Shown here: positions 21,744 to 32,554 of the stretch, one piece after another
How positions within the stretch are numbered: the first letter of the stretch is position 1
Layout of the letters: each line of letters opens with the position of its first letter
Assembly: GCA_030748495.1 (NCBI GenBank)
Contig: JASMLX010000007.1
Location: forward strand, 18,856-82,855
Length of the DNA: 64,000 nucleotides
Direction: 5' to 3'
Source of the DNA: Candidatus Poribacteria bacterium
GTDB taxonomy: Bacteria > Poribacteria > WGA-4E > UBA9662
Program-made: the position numbers and the translations under genes
The notes under the pieces: generated by a model
The model's database searches: none
Seen by the model: only the letters and a program-made list of their open reading frames with translations
Told to the model about the DNA's origin: nothing

Positions 21744-22472
21744 ATGGGAACCGATAGCGATAATAAGAGCCTGATTGAAACGCTTTGGGAGCAGCACCAT
21801 CAGCTTGGACTTTGCCTCAATTCACCGCTCTCCGAACTATTGGGGGAGCGGACAACCGTTGAGTGCATTAGCATCGAGCAGATACCGAATGAGCGATTTG
21901 GACAATTTAGCATCAATGCGCTTTGGTGCCTGATGAACATATGGCAGTCTCAAATTGTGTTTGGGATTCCCAACGGGTTGGGGTTGAACATCGCGGCTCA
22001 ACTGCTCGACTACCCGTTGACTGAGACGGAGGTCGAAGCCGCTCGTCCACTGGGGCAAGACGAGAAAGTCTCACTGATGCGATTTGTAGATCTACTTAAC
22101 GTCGATCTGGAAAAGCAGTGGAAACTGGTTATTTCGAGTACGCGAATTACGTTTCAGTCGATCGTCGATCAGGTAGCTGAATTCTCCAAATGCTTCAAGG
22201 ACGAAATGGGAATATTGGTAGTGCTCGAAATTAGCCAAAACGCATCGTTGGGTAAACTGATGATCTATTATCCGCCAGATGCTCTGACCTCTATCAAGCC
22301 GGACGAGAAGTTGGTAGAGTTACCACTAAACGCAGATCCTGAAATGTTAGCCGTAGTTGAGTCGGTAGCTCACAAATATTTTCAGCAGATTATGCAACGA
22401 CTCGATCGATTGGAAGAACAGGTTGAAATCCTGAGCAAAGAGGGTAGTCCAAAGAGGTGGTGGCAATCTTAG
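21744..22472 (+). CDS. Hypothetical protein, FliM/CheC-like domain
   Basis: Weak resemblance to the FliM middle domain ('LSELLGERTTVECISIEQI', 'RPLGQDEK', 'GKLMIYYP'). Confidence 0.4.
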   Translation: MGTDSDNKSLIETLWEQHHQLGLCLNSPLSELLGERTTVECISIEQIPNERFGQFSINALWCLMNIWQSQIVFGIPNGLGLNIAAQLLDYPLTETEVEAARPLGQDEKVSLMRFVDLLNVDLEKQWKLVISSTRITFQSIVDQVAEFSKCFKDEMGILVVLEISQNASLGKLMIYYPPDALTSIKPDEKLVELPLNADPEMLAVVESVAHKYFQQIMQRLDRLEEQVEILSKEGSPKRWWQS

Positions 22473-22590
22473 CGGATATCAGGTTTTATTACTGCTCTAT
22501 CACTAAATATTCTACCAAATATTTAGATCTATCAAACTAGAATCGACACAAATAAGATTAGAAAAATTTAGTCATTTGAGGGAGAAACCA

Positions 22591-23334
22591 ATGTCTAACT
22601 TTCAATTATCCTTGCGCACCCGAGTTCAGCCTTTTAAAGGCAGTGATGAATGGCATCCTGTTCAGCTTGAGCGACCGGTTCCGGTTGACAGAACAGCAAT
22701 TTTGTTGTGCGATATTTGGAACGTCCACTGGTGCAAAAGTGCCACGCGCCGTTGTGGTGAAATAGCCAAACAGACCAATCAGGTGGTTTCGTTTGCTCGC
22801 CAGAGCGGTACACAGATTATCCATGCGCCCTCTGATACAATGGATTTTTATCAGGATTTTGAGCAGCGGAAGATGATGCAGAACTTGGTGCCTGTCGCAA
22901 TGCCGGCGTCACAAGACCTGCTAGATCCTCCGCAACCGATCGATGCCTCGGATGGCGGGTGTGACGATGAACCTCAGTGCGAATCCCACGGCCCATGGAC
23001 GCGGCAGGATCCGGCTATCGAGATCGGGGATACCGATGGCATTTCGGACAATGGGCAGGAGATATACAATCTGCTTCAGGCCAAAGGCATTAACACGCTA
23101 CTGATTATGGGGGTACACACCAATATGTGTGTCCTGGGTCGGTCTTTCGCCATCAAGGCCATGACCCGTATCGGCATCGACTGCGTGTTGGTTAGAGATC
23201 TAACCGATGCTATGTACAATCCCAGGAAAGCGCCTTTTGTTAGCCACCACGCCGGTACCGAGTTGGTAATTGAATATATTGAAAAGTACTGGTGTCCGAC
23301 GGTCCTAAGTCAAGATTTGATGCAGATTAGCTAA
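22591..23334 (+). CDS. Isochorismatase-like cysteine hydrolase
   Basis: 'LLCDIW', 'GVHTNMCV', 'VRDLTDA'; GGAG RBS before ATG at 22591. Confidence 0.85.
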   Translation: MSNFQLSLRTRVQPFKGSDEWHPVQLERPVPVDRTAILLCDIWNVHWCKSATRRCGEIAKQTNQVVSFARQSGTQIIHAPSDTMDFYQDFEQRKMMQNLVPVAMPASQDLLDPPQPIDASDGGCDDEPQCESHGPWTRQDPAIEIGDTDGISDNGQEIYNLLQAKGINTLLIMGVHTNMCVLGRSFAIKAMTRIGIDCVLVRDLTDAMYNPRKAPFVSHHAGTELVIEYIEKYWCPTVLSQDLMQIS

Positions 23335-23337
23335 GGT

Positions 23338-24429
23338 CTAATTCTCATCCTGACTTTCACTACTTTCGCTGTTCAAACCGAGTTCTTCTTCCAGAGTGCG
23401 GATCTCGGCTAGCGTATCCGTACGGGGATCAAGTTGGTAGGCCACACGAAAGGCTTCCAGAGCCGAGGTCGGATCATCTAGAAAGGAGCGATGGATCTGC
23501 CCTATCGAGAGCCAGGCATCGACTTCGTCAGGATCCAGTTCGGTGATCCGTTGATAGACCTGCAACGCCTGGTCGTAGAGCCGAATGTTGCCCTGACTTC
23601 GCTCCAAGCTTGATGCTTGCCCATATAACCGATCAATCAACTCCTGTTTCGCTTCAGCAAAATCGGGGTCGAGGCTTACAGCCTCCTCCAGAAATTGGAT
23701 GGCTAAATCTGCCATCCGGTTCAAATCTTCAATCTGTTCATCGGTCAGTTCCTGGTCGGAGAACTGAATTTTTTGGCTTCGTCGATGGTAGGCTCGAGCT
23801 AACTGTAGACGTGCCAACAAACCAAAAGCGGTTGGAGAAGAGGGGCCGGATTTCAACTCCAGATCACCGGCGATGGCTTGCTGATAGTGATCTACTGCTA
23901 AATCGAACTGGTTGGAACCTTGATACAAAATCCCTGACTGATAGTGAGCCTCAGGATGATGGGCGTCCTGCTCTAAAACTTTTAGAAAGGCGCGAACTGC
24001 TTCGACTCGCGCTCCCTGGTCCCGAAATAGTTTGCCCTGTAATAGATGGATGGCAATGTGGTCGGGATTGATATCTACAGCTTTCTGGAGGTGCTGAAAG
24101 GCATCTTCTATCCAACCACTCTGAAAATAGATATCCGAGATACGGACGTGAGCGTGAAGCAGCAGCCCATTTAGTTTAGGATCCGACTTCGATTGAATTG
24201 ATCGAACCGCTTGCCAGTAAGTTAGTAAGGCCTGGCTCAGGTCGTGGGCGTCGAAGTCGCTATCAGCACGAGCAACCAATTGAGATGGATTTCCAGTCGT
24301 TTCCGTCTGATCAGCCTTTCCGCGCATCGACCAGATCGCCAGGCCAAAAAAGGCCAGTACAATGATGGCCTCGACAAAAAAAACAGGTCGGAGGCGAATC
24401 CGATTTTCAACTGTTTGATTGTTGGTCAT
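23338..24429 (-). CDS. Membrane-anchored TPR protein
   Basis: N-terminal TM helix followed by repeated TPR-like helical pairs. Confidence 0.8.
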   Translation of the reverse strand: MTNNQTVENRIRLRPVFFVEAIIVLAFFGLAIWSMRGKADQTETTGNPSQLVARADSDFDAHDLSQALLTYWQAVRSIQSKSDPKLNGLLLHAHVRISDIYFQSGWIEDAFQHLQKAVDINPDHIAIHLLQGKLFRDQGARVEAVRAFLKVLEQDAHHPEAHYQSGILYQGSNQFDLAVDHYQQAIAGDLELKSGPSSPTAFGLLARLQLARAYHRRSQKIQFSDQELTDEQIEDLNRMADLAIQFLEEAVSLDPDFAEAKQELIDRLYGQASSLERSQGNIRLYDQALQVYQRITELDPDEVDAWLSIGQIHRSFLDDPTSALEAFRVAYQLDPRTDTLAEIRTLEEELGLNSESSESQDEN

Positions 24430-25931
24430 AGATCGTAGAGTTGACCATATTTGGTTCGCAGGTACCGAAGGTAGGGATCGATTGTTAGCTCATGGCCAGT
24501 CACTCGCTGAACCAACTCATCAGGCGTAAATTTGCTGCCGTGTTGATAAATATTTTCGGCTAACCACTGATGGAGAGTGTCAAACCGACCGGTCGCGATT
24601 CCGGCTTCAATCGTAGGTTGATCGGTTAAGGCTGTCTCAAAGAATTGGGCTCCCAAGATGTTGCCCAGTGTATAACCCTGGAAAGAACCACCGATTGTGC
24701 CGTGGAACCAATGCACATCCTGTAAAACCCCATCGATGTTGTCGGGTGGAACTAGACCGAGATCTGACCGATACCGTTCATTCCAAGCTTCGGGTAGATC
24801 CTTAATCGGTAGGTGTCCCTCCAACATCTCCAACTCCAAATCGAACCGGATCATTACGTGGAGATTGTAGGTTATTTCATCCGCGTCAGTTCGGATCAGC
24901 GACCGCTGAACCTTGTTGATGGCACGGTAAAATTCGTCGGCCGATGCCCTTTGCAACTGCTGTGGAAAGGTTGATTGCAACCTGGGGAAAAAGTGATCCC
25001 AGAAGATCTTGCTGCGGCCGACGATATTCTCCCACAGGCGTGACTGGCTTTCATGTACGCCGGAAGAGGTGCCGGTTCCGAGTGGAGAGGCCTCATAATC
25101 GCGGTTGATTCCCTGTTCGTAGAGGGCGTGTCCGGCTTCGTGCGTTGTACTAAACAGAGCCTCGCTAATATCGTTGAGTTTAGATCGGGTGGTAATGCGA
25201 ACATCACCCAGTGAAAACTTGGTCATAAATGGATGATGTGTCTTATCCTGCCGTCCACGATTGAAGTCGTAGCCAAACTGCTCGATGACGGTTTTACCAA
25301 ATGCGATCTGCTGGTCTTCCGGAAAATCAGCATGCAGACAAGAATCGTCAGTAGCAGGCTGACCGGAGATCACCTCTACCAGTGGTACTAACTGCTGGCG
25401 AAGCCGGGAAAAGATTTGACGAACAGACGCAGTTTTCATTCCGGGATCACTGAAATCGATCAGTGGATCTGCAATGTGGCTATAGCCGGGGAAAAAGTCC
25501 GCTAATTGGCGACTCAATTCTAGCGTCTTTTCGAGGTGTGGAATAACCGAGGCGAAATCGTTATCAGGTCTGGCCACGGTCCACTGTTGGTAAGACCGCG
25601 TCGAGTGGTCTGAGAACTCGGCCATAAAATCAGCGGGAACGGATGTGCGTCGTTCATAATCTCTACGCGCTACCCGGATAAAACTGGCCTGGTCGGCATC
25701 GTGAGGCAGGTCCGCTTCGTAACCCCGAAGTTGATCTAACAGCCGCCCAATTTCTGGATCGGTGAACTTTTGATGTGCTAACCGTTCCAAAACTGCCAAT
25801 TGCCTTCCTCGAGCTTCGATACCACCAGGCGGCATATAGGTCGTCTGATCCCAATGTAGAAGGCTAGCGGCTGATTGAATATCGTACGCTTCGGTCAACC
25901 GTTGTTTGAGTGCGGACAACTTCTCTTTCAT
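24426..25931 (-). CDS. Carboxypeptidase M32 (Taq-type)
   Basis: 'HPF', 'DVRITTR', 'HEAGH', 'HESQ', 'IRTDADE', 'QDVHW'. Confidence 0.95.
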   Translation of the reverse strand: MKEKLSALKQRLTEAYDIQSAASLLHWDQTTYMPPGGIEARGRQLAVLERLAHQKFTDPEIGRLLDQLRGYEADLPHDADQASFIRVARRDYERRTSVPADFMAEFSDHSTRSYQQWTVARPDNDFASVIPHLEKTLELSRQLADFFPGYSHIADPLIDFSDPGMKTASVRQIFSRLRQQLVPLVEVISGQPATDDSCLHADFPEDQQIAFGKTVIEQFGYDFNRGRQDKTHHPFMTKFSLGDVRITTRSKLNDISEALFSTTHEAGHALYEQGINRDYEASPLGTGTSSGVHESQSRLWENIVGRSKIFWDHFFPRLQSTFPQQLQRASADEFYRAINKVQRSLIRTDADEITYNLHVMIRFDLELEMLEGHLPIKDLPEAWNERYRSDLGLVPPDNIDGVLQDVHWFHGTIGGSFQGYTLGNILGAQFFETALTDQPTIEAGIATGRFDTLHQWLAENIYQHGSKFTPDELVQRVTGHELTIDPYLRYLRTKYGQLYDL

Positions 25932-25962
25932 CGCTCATTAACACCTAATTTTAGTACTAGAT

Positions 25963-26358
25963 TCACTGCGTTGTTGATCCACTGCCAAATGAGACCAGCT
26001 CATCCTTGATAGGTGAAAAGTAGATTAACCCAATCGTAATCCCGGTGACAATTAACAGCATATCCAGTATTGCCTCGACAAAGGGAAGGTTAAGGTAAGG
26101 TGTTCCCTGGCCTGCTGTCCAGAAGACGGCTAACGCTGCTGCCGCCAGATACATGAGTCTAGCCCATTTCTGCAATAAAAACAGCCCGACAGATCCACTG
26201 ACTGTTAACAAGGCAATAATTATCATTGAGGCCATACCTCGACTGTCGGTTTCTAGGAGAAGCTCCCGGTATTCCTTGGCTTGTTCTTCGGATAAAGCAG
26301 AATCTTCAGATAAAGCAAAGGCGGCAAAAGCTAAAACAATCAGAACCCAATGCGCCAT
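25963..26358 (-). CDS. Hypothetical membrane protein (about 4 TM)
   Basis: Hydrophobic helices from MAHWVL onward; the upstream part of the ORF overlaps the neighbouring gene. Confidence 0.55.
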   Translation of the reverse strand: MAHWVLIVLAFAAFALSEDSALSEEQAKEYRELLLETDSRGMASMIIIALLTVSGSVGLFLLQKWARLMYLAAAALAVFWTAGQGTPYLNLPFVEAILDMLLIVTGITIGLIYFSPIKDELVSFGSGSTTQ

Positions 26359-26482
26359 AATGATCAGACGAAACGTTTGTTTTATTTCCACGATATAGTA
26401 TCTCCTGGAACCATTGCTAGAAAATGGCCTGGAGACGTTGCGGTTGTAACATCTCCAGGATGAATCTATTTTCTGGACGGAA

Positions 26483-27286
26483 CTAGAGGTAGGTATCCAG
26501 TTGTTCAGTAGTCGGTGTGGGAGTGCTAATACCGTCTTCAGGAATATCGAGTTTGGCTGCCCAGGCAATCGAATTGAGCATGAACTTCCGGAATTGGTCG
26601 TCGCCCCAGTTATTGTGGTAGTGCCCACCAGTAAAACCAACACCTCGCCCTCCATCAGGCCGTTCTATGCACCAGCCTAAATGCTGTGGTTCTCCCTTAG
26701 CAACTGATGCTCTCACGTGCGGATTACCGCTGTGGGGGCCATCGTCTCTGGTCAAAGTCGATTCCGGTGCAATCGCGCTCAAGATTGGAACTACCTGTTC
26801 CATATTTTCCGGGAAGCGCATATGATAGTACCATTCATCGTCTATAGAGAAGGACTGTAATCCGCGAGAAATCGGATGTGAAGGGAATGCCGTAAATTCC
26901 GCTACCCAGTGGGGGTTAACCGAAAAGTGGGTCTCAAAGTAACCGCCAACCCAATCGAGAAAGCAATCACCTGGACGACCTTTGGGCACTTCGATAGCGT
27001 AGTGCATCATGACTATTCCCATTCCCTGTTTAGCCAAAGCATCGACTTGATCCAGATGCGGGATGATCAAGTGTCCTGATCCACCATCCGAATAGACAGC
27101 AATCGCCGAAACACTGTTAAAAGCGTCTGGCTCTTCCGGCCAAGCTAAATGAACTTCAGCCTCGACCCCATCGACATGTTGATTCAGTGTATCGGCTAGA
27201 AAATGGCAACCGGCTGGATGTTCGTGTGCACCGCTGCCGTGGCTGGCGGTGCCTGCGACAAAGGCGATTTTCGCTTTTTCTGACAT
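26483..27286 (-). CDS. ThuA-like domain protein
   Basis: 'SHGSGAHEH', 'DEWYY', 'GRGVGFTGGHYH'. Confidence 0.85.
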   Translation of the reverse strand: MSEKAKIAFVAGTASHGSGAHEHPAGCHFLADTLNQHVDGVEAEVHLAWPEEPDAFNSVSAIAVYSDGGSGHLIIPHLDQVDALAKQGMGIVMMHYAIEVPKGRPGDCFLDWVGGYFETHFSVNPHWVAEFTAFPSHPISRGLQSFSIDDEWYYHMRFPENMEQVVPILSAIAPESTLTRDDGPHSGNPHVRASVAKGEPQHLGWCIERPDGGRGVGFTGGHYHNNWGDDQFRKFMLNSIAWAAKLDIPEDGISTPTPTTEQLDTYL

Positions 27287-27577
27287 TTTAATTTCCCTCA
27301 TTAAAAAATTCAGACTTGACCAGCGGATCAGTCAAGCCTAACTAAGTACTATTGCTCTCCCAATTATACACAATGGTCCCTCTGCATAAGTAGTAGAGTT
27401 GTTGCAAAACAGATCTGATTTCATTCACATAGACAATTTCACTTCCAGAACTTTCGGGCAGTCGGATTTACCGGTCGGAAACCATTGTAGAACGAAGGGA
27501 CTTCTTACGGATAGAAATCAGTCGCCAGAATTGACCGGTCACTGCCCGCGCTCCTTACCCATCCATTCCGTGAGAAC

Positions 27578-28732
27578 TCAATTCCAGTATGGCTCTCCCT
27601 GGGCTAAATTGGCCTTCAACACCTCTTCGACTAATTCGACCCCCAGCCCGGGACGATCCGGCACCTGGATATAGCCGTCGGTTATGTTCAGGTCATGCTG
27701 CCCCATCTCCTCGATAAAAACCCCCTGGCCGATCCTCGACTCCGTAGCCACGAAGTCACGTACCGTAGCGGCAAAGTGTACGGTGGCCATGGTGTGAATT
27801 AGGGAACCGATATTGTGTGTAGCCACAGGTATGTAAAAAAGCTCCGCCAACTGAGCGATACGCCTGCAGCCAGTAAAACCACCAGCAAAAACGATATCGG
27901 GGTGGATGGCATCCAGCGCGTCGTTAGCCAGAAAGGAATAAAATTGTCGGGGCAACTCCAATTTCTCGCCAGTGATGACACGGATGGGCGAAGCGGCCTT
28001 GAGTGCCTTCCAGGTCTCGTCGTAGGGTACGGGCAGCGGATCTTCGATCCACATTGGCTGGCAGGAGGCAAGCACTTGACAGGCATTGATGGCGGTGGGC
28101 AGGTCCCACTCGTTGTGGCAGTGGACGATAAAGTCGAAGGCGTCCCCTAAGGCTTCGCTTATATTATCGAACCCTTGGCCAATTTGGCGGATCTCACTGG
28201 GTAACAACATACGCGACGGTTTACCGACCTGGACATCTTCCCCCAGAGGAAAGCCGACTTTGACGATTTGCCAACCGTGTGGATCTTCCTTGAGTCGTTG
28301 TACCCACTCGTGGCAGGCGCCTTTATCGGATCGGTTGTCCGGTGCTGTATTGGTATAGAGCTTGACCTTTTCTCGGTAGCGGCCAGTGAGCAGTTTGGAC
28401 ACCGGCCGGTCGAGAATTTTACCGGCCAGATCCCACAGGGCAATATCCACACCGGAGATAGTGGGAATGTTAGGCATATTGGGATGCTGCAGGGTCGTCA
28501 TCCGCTCGTAGTGCAACTCGACCTCCAGGGGATCCTGGCCTTTTAGCAGCGGCAGAATCTCTTTTTCCAGGTGGGCGCGGACAATGGGGCCGTGCGTGCC
28601 AGCTTCGCCATAGCCGATCAGGCCGACGTCGGTCTCGATCTTGATCAAAGTCTGTGGGTGTTTTTGCAACTGCATGGCTTTGATACCGGTAATCTGAACT
28701 CTACCCCGTTCAGGATCTAAAATAGGATTCAT
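27578..28732 (-). CDS. Mandelate racemase/muconate lactonizing enzyme family protein
   Basis: 'SGVDIALWDLAGK', 'WIEDP', 'TGEK', 'PGLGVEL'; start MNPILD at 28732 with GGAG RBS. Confidence 0.92.
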   Translation of the reverse strand: MNPILDPERGRVQITGIKAMQLQKHPQTLIKIETDVGLIGYGEAGTHGPIVRAHLEKEILPLLKGQDPLEVELHYERMTTLQHPNMPNIPTISGVDIALWDLAGKILDRPVSKLLTGRYREKVKLYTNTAPDNRSDKGACHEWVQRLKEDPHGWQIVKVGFPLGEDVQVGKPSRMLLPSEIRQIGQGFDNISEALGDAFDFIVHCHNEWDLPTAINACQVLASCQPMWIEDPLPVPYDETWKALKAASPIRVITGEKLELPRQFYSFLANDALDAIHPDIVFAGGFTGCRRIAQLAELFYIPVATHNIGSLIHTMATVHFAATVRDFVATESRIGQGVFIEEMGQHDLNITDGYIQVPDRPGLGVELVEEVLKANLAQGEPYWN

Positions 28733-29375
28733 GGATACTCCTGTTATATTGCGATTTGAGAGTGACATACTTTTTGGCAACCACGGTTCATGGACGAAGC
28801 TATAAGAGTTTAAGGAAACATCAAGGAACCCGTCGGTGGGTAGCCAAGTGCGGGAGATAAAAGATTTGGTAGTGTCCAATGTTAGCTGATAACACTCTTT
28901 CATAAAGTCTAAAATTTGTTTCTTTTGAAGATCCTAGAACATCAAATTTGTCCTCCTTGTCAGAGCCAAAATAGAGTCCAAATGGGACTACCGCTTCTGG
29001 AAAGCAGAAGATTTATGGCTTAGATTGTTAAGCTGACAGGCTTCCAGACTCTTCACCTGACACGGAAGAGAAAACAGAACCGAGTCTAAAAACCGACCCA
29101 GAAACAGCTTCTTTGACCGGCTGGCCAAGAATCTATGCTGTTGCTCCGCAAACAGTTATCAACTGGATTAAAAAAACAATTGGAGGATCTTTCTCCAGAT
29201 CAAGTCTTAATAGATCCTGGGCCGGAAGATATTTTAGCGTTAGATGAAATCTGGTCTTTGGTTGATTCCAAAGCTAACACAGCCTGGCTTGGGTTTGCAA
29301 TCGGTAGAAGGGGTCAACAATTAGTTGGTTGGCATGTAGGAACAAGAGACCAAGTATCAGCCAACTACTTTTTGC

Positions 29376-30265
29376 TAGAAGCCATTTCAAAACGGCCTCA
29401 ATGTAATCAGGATGCAAGCAAGGCCAAAGAACGCTTGGTCGATCTGAATTTCTCTTTCCCAACCAACAACTAGTCGTCGCCAGTTTGGCCGCCATGCCAA
29501 AGTCGGCTCAACCTTCCGTCGATGCCTGTCAGGCCACAATTTGCTACCATCTTCATCTTTCTTGGTCTGCTTGTTTTTACGCTACCGACAGATCAATTCA
29601 ATGCCACCTTTCAACCGCCTTTGGCTGAGCGGATCACTGTCGTACCCTTTATCCACTATGATGTGGACAGGATTTTGCCACGGCCGACCACCACTTTTCT
29701 GGGCACTGCAATCTTCTCAATCGTGGCTTCCAGTAGTTTTATTTCACTCGGCCAGGTTGAATCAAGGTCAGCACCGATAGGCACTGCCTGGCCATCGACC
29801 ACCACCATCCACTTGGGCTCCTTTCCGCTTTTGCTCTCTCCAAGGCCTGGGCCCCTTTTGGCCCAGGCCAAACTGCCATCGGCCAAGGTTTCTTCGAATC
29901 TAACTGGCCCTGTTGCTCCAGTTAGGACAGGAACTTAGGCCATATTTGGAGCCAAACACCTGGCTCTTCCCATGGCTGTAATCTTGGCTGGCAAGTGTTA
30001 GCTGATGGATATCGATCAGCTAAGTGGTTCCATCCGGCACCAGTTGGCCAGAGCCGGATAATACCGTCAAACACTTGCCTGTTGCCTCCGGGCTTGGGTC
30101 CACCTTTGGGTGAAGGCTGAGGCTTTGGCCGCCAGGGGTCAAGTCTGATTCATTGTCCATCGGTGACATCGGCCATCAAAAGTCCCCTTTCAGACAAACT
30201 AAAACTAGACCTAACTCCTTTGGATGGGCAAGTTTAAATTGTATTTAGTTTTGAAATAGCTTCTA
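29376..30265 (-). mobile_element. Degenerate IS5-family element
   Basis: TIRs TAGAAGCCATTTCAAAAC / GTTTTGAAATAGCTTCTA, CTAG at both ends; transposase fragment 'DGSLAWAKRG..KWMVVVDGQAVP'. Confidence 0.85.
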
Positions 30266-30375
30266 GAAATACCATCTAAAGACAGCATTTGCCGATCTAG
30301 GAGTGAGCCTTAGCATTGTTATTAGTGTTTGCCAAGGGACAGACATAGGATTGGCCAAAAAGGGACTGGTGAAAC

Positions 30376-31180
30376 TAGGGTCTGTTAACACTAAAAAGAG
30401 AAATCCTGTCTAATGGTCTATGATGGAACCAACACATGAACAATCTGAAGAAATAAAGCCGTTTTGACCCGTCCAAAGAGGACAGGTCAAACTATCCAAT
30501 CGGAAGCTTCTGAATCGGATTTGGTCTGTTGCCGAGCAGGGGTGTAAATGGAGAGGTCTTCCCTCTAGGTTTGGAAATTGGCCTACAATCTACAGGCGGA
30601 TGAACCGAGGGGCCAAAACAGGAGTCTTAAATGGCCGATTTGAAGGCTGGTCAGCAAAGCAAATCATTCCAGTCAGGATAGAAGGCTATTCATGAGATAG
30701 TAGACCCTGATGGAACAGGAGCATGAAAAAAACGGTAAGCCGTCGATTGGAAAGTCAGGAGGAGGATGGACCACAAAAATCCACCTGCTGGCCCAAGATG
30801 CTGGTAGGACAACAGCTTTTCGACTCTCCCCCGGCCACGGTCATGATGCACCTGAAGGAGAAGACTGGTTGAAAGGCATAGATTGCCCTTTGGCTGGCGG
30901 CCCAATGACTATGGATCCAGCAGATGAAGGAGATACGACTCGACAGCTGGCTTGAGACTTGATCTTCTCGGCTGTTGTTCCTGCCAAATCGAATTGCCTG
31001 GATCCTTGGGAGTCTGACCAAGAGCACGACCAAAAGAGAAATGAAGTGGAAGGATTGTTCATCAGGTGGAAGGAATTTGGCCGGATCTTCTCTCGCTGGG
31101 ACCAACTGGATCGGGTGTTTTCTGCTTTCGGGTTCTTGGTGCTGATTGTCGATTCGCTTAGATCATGCTAACTAGCCCTA
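30376..31180 (+). mobile_element. Degenerate IS5-family (IS427-group) element, copy 1
   Basis: Ends TAGGGTCTGTTAACAC / ..CTAACTAGCCCTA; 'KSGGGWTTKIH', 'RNEVE'; A-run frameshift site; internal stops. Confidence 0.88.
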
Positions 31181-31532
31181 GTTAGATTGAAGGCTGTAAC
31201 AATATGATTCGACCAAGATTAGCAAGATTTATCAGAAAGACATGTTCTGTTTCCAAGAAATGAGAAAGTGGTTGATCGAAGAATATAATTGAGACAGGAA
31301 ATCAGCTATGGTTTAGCATTACCGATTATTTAATCCCATCTCATACCAACAACTGGCCCGATATAATCGATTGACGACATTTGAACTTAGCGTTAGAATC
31401 AGATACAATCGCTTCTATATCTATTAGTCCTAAGGATTTAGAGGTTCCACATGACACGTTGGTTTTTTGTTCAACTATAGCTATTCCAAAAACAGACCGT
31501 ATGTGTTATTAAAAAAAAGAATAACCGATATC

Positions 31533-32040
31533 ATGCAGTATAAATATAGATTTACGCCCGTGCGTAGTGAATCATGGTTGATCAGGAGACCGGAAGATAG
31601 AGGCTAGCCGCATTTATCAAGTTAGCTGGTGAGGTGTCAATGGGCAGATTTATCGCCCATTGACACCAGTCGGCCCCGAAAAATAGATTGGCAGGAATTA
31701 GGACCGGACATACCAGCCAATCCAGATCAACTTCTGGCTGAACCTGCTGACCAATTAGGCGTTTAGCCTAATGCTATCTGGTATGTCTATCGTCAGATGA
31801 AAATAACTTAACCAAGAATGGGACCATGGGTACGGCATTGTCTTTCTCCAGAAGATACGTAACCTGATCAAGGAGAACGGCTCGACAGATATTGTCGATG
31901 TTGACGAATCCGGATTTGAAGAATCTACATCCTGTCCCTCTGCCGGGTCAAAAAGAGGTACAGATCTGGCTCAGAAAGACCTGGCAAAGGTGGTGTGCAC
32001 ACCGACCTGATTGCAGACAAGAGCAGCCTCAGCCAATCTA
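31533..32040 (+). mobile_element. IS630-family transposase remnant
   Basis: HTH start 'IDLR', 'FGVS'-like segment and 'IVDVDESGF' catalytic segment; many stops; boundaries approximate. Confidence 0.6.
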
Positions 32041-32122
32041 TTAAGACTGAATTAACGGCTCTCCCAAATTGAGCTAGGATTTCACCCTCTCAATAGCAAA
32101 TACCCCATAAGAAGCAATAGAA

Positions 32123-32250
32123 ATGGGTAAGACAATTACAGGTGCTGATGACAAAGAGTATACGATAGAATCAAATGCTCACTTGAGAGAGGCTGACTTA
32201 AGTGGTACCAAGTATAACGATAAAACAGTTTTCCTGGGGGGCCAACCACC
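32123..32250 (+). pseudogene. Pentapeptide-repeat protein remnant
   Basis: 'AHLREADLSGTKYNDKTVF' resembles pentapeptide repeats plus the typical A-Y-x-x-x-T-x-F-P tail. Confidence 0.45.
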
Positions 32251-32252
32251 AG

Positions 32253-32548
32253 TTAGCAAAATAGATGATACCGCTGACCTCGACTACACAAAGTGTCGAG
32301 AATCATTAGAGATATCCAGGCCCCGGACGAGATCTTTACATTCAGTTTCACCTGCTGATCAAACTGTTCAGCTATTCCGATGGCATGGATACAAGCATTC
32401 ACTATAGGCAGGAATTTAACGTTGTTCAGCTGCAAATCGGATGGAATCTGGTTCATCTGATCCCCCATCATAAATCGTCAGATACTACGAGAGTATAGCC
32501 CATCTCCAAAATTAAGAAAGTCATCTCCGTTTTTGTGCGGAATGTAAG
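32253..32548 (-). mobile_element. IS1634-family (DUF4277) 5' fragment
   Basis: 'LPIV...IGIAEQFDQ...MILDTL' N-terminus; terminal GTGCGGAATGTAAG at 32535-32548. Confidence 0.65.
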
Positions 32549-32554
32549 ATATAA

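Larger units (their letters stand above)
28868..31358 (+). mobile_element. Degenerate IS1-family element interrupted by two IS5 elements
   Basis: GGTAGTG left end; Zn-ribbon 'CPPCQS...GTTASGKQK'; InsB 'LDEIWS..', 'KGTGET' and 'IEGCNNMIRPRLARFIRKT' on either side of the inserts; right end approximate. Confidence 0.75.
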
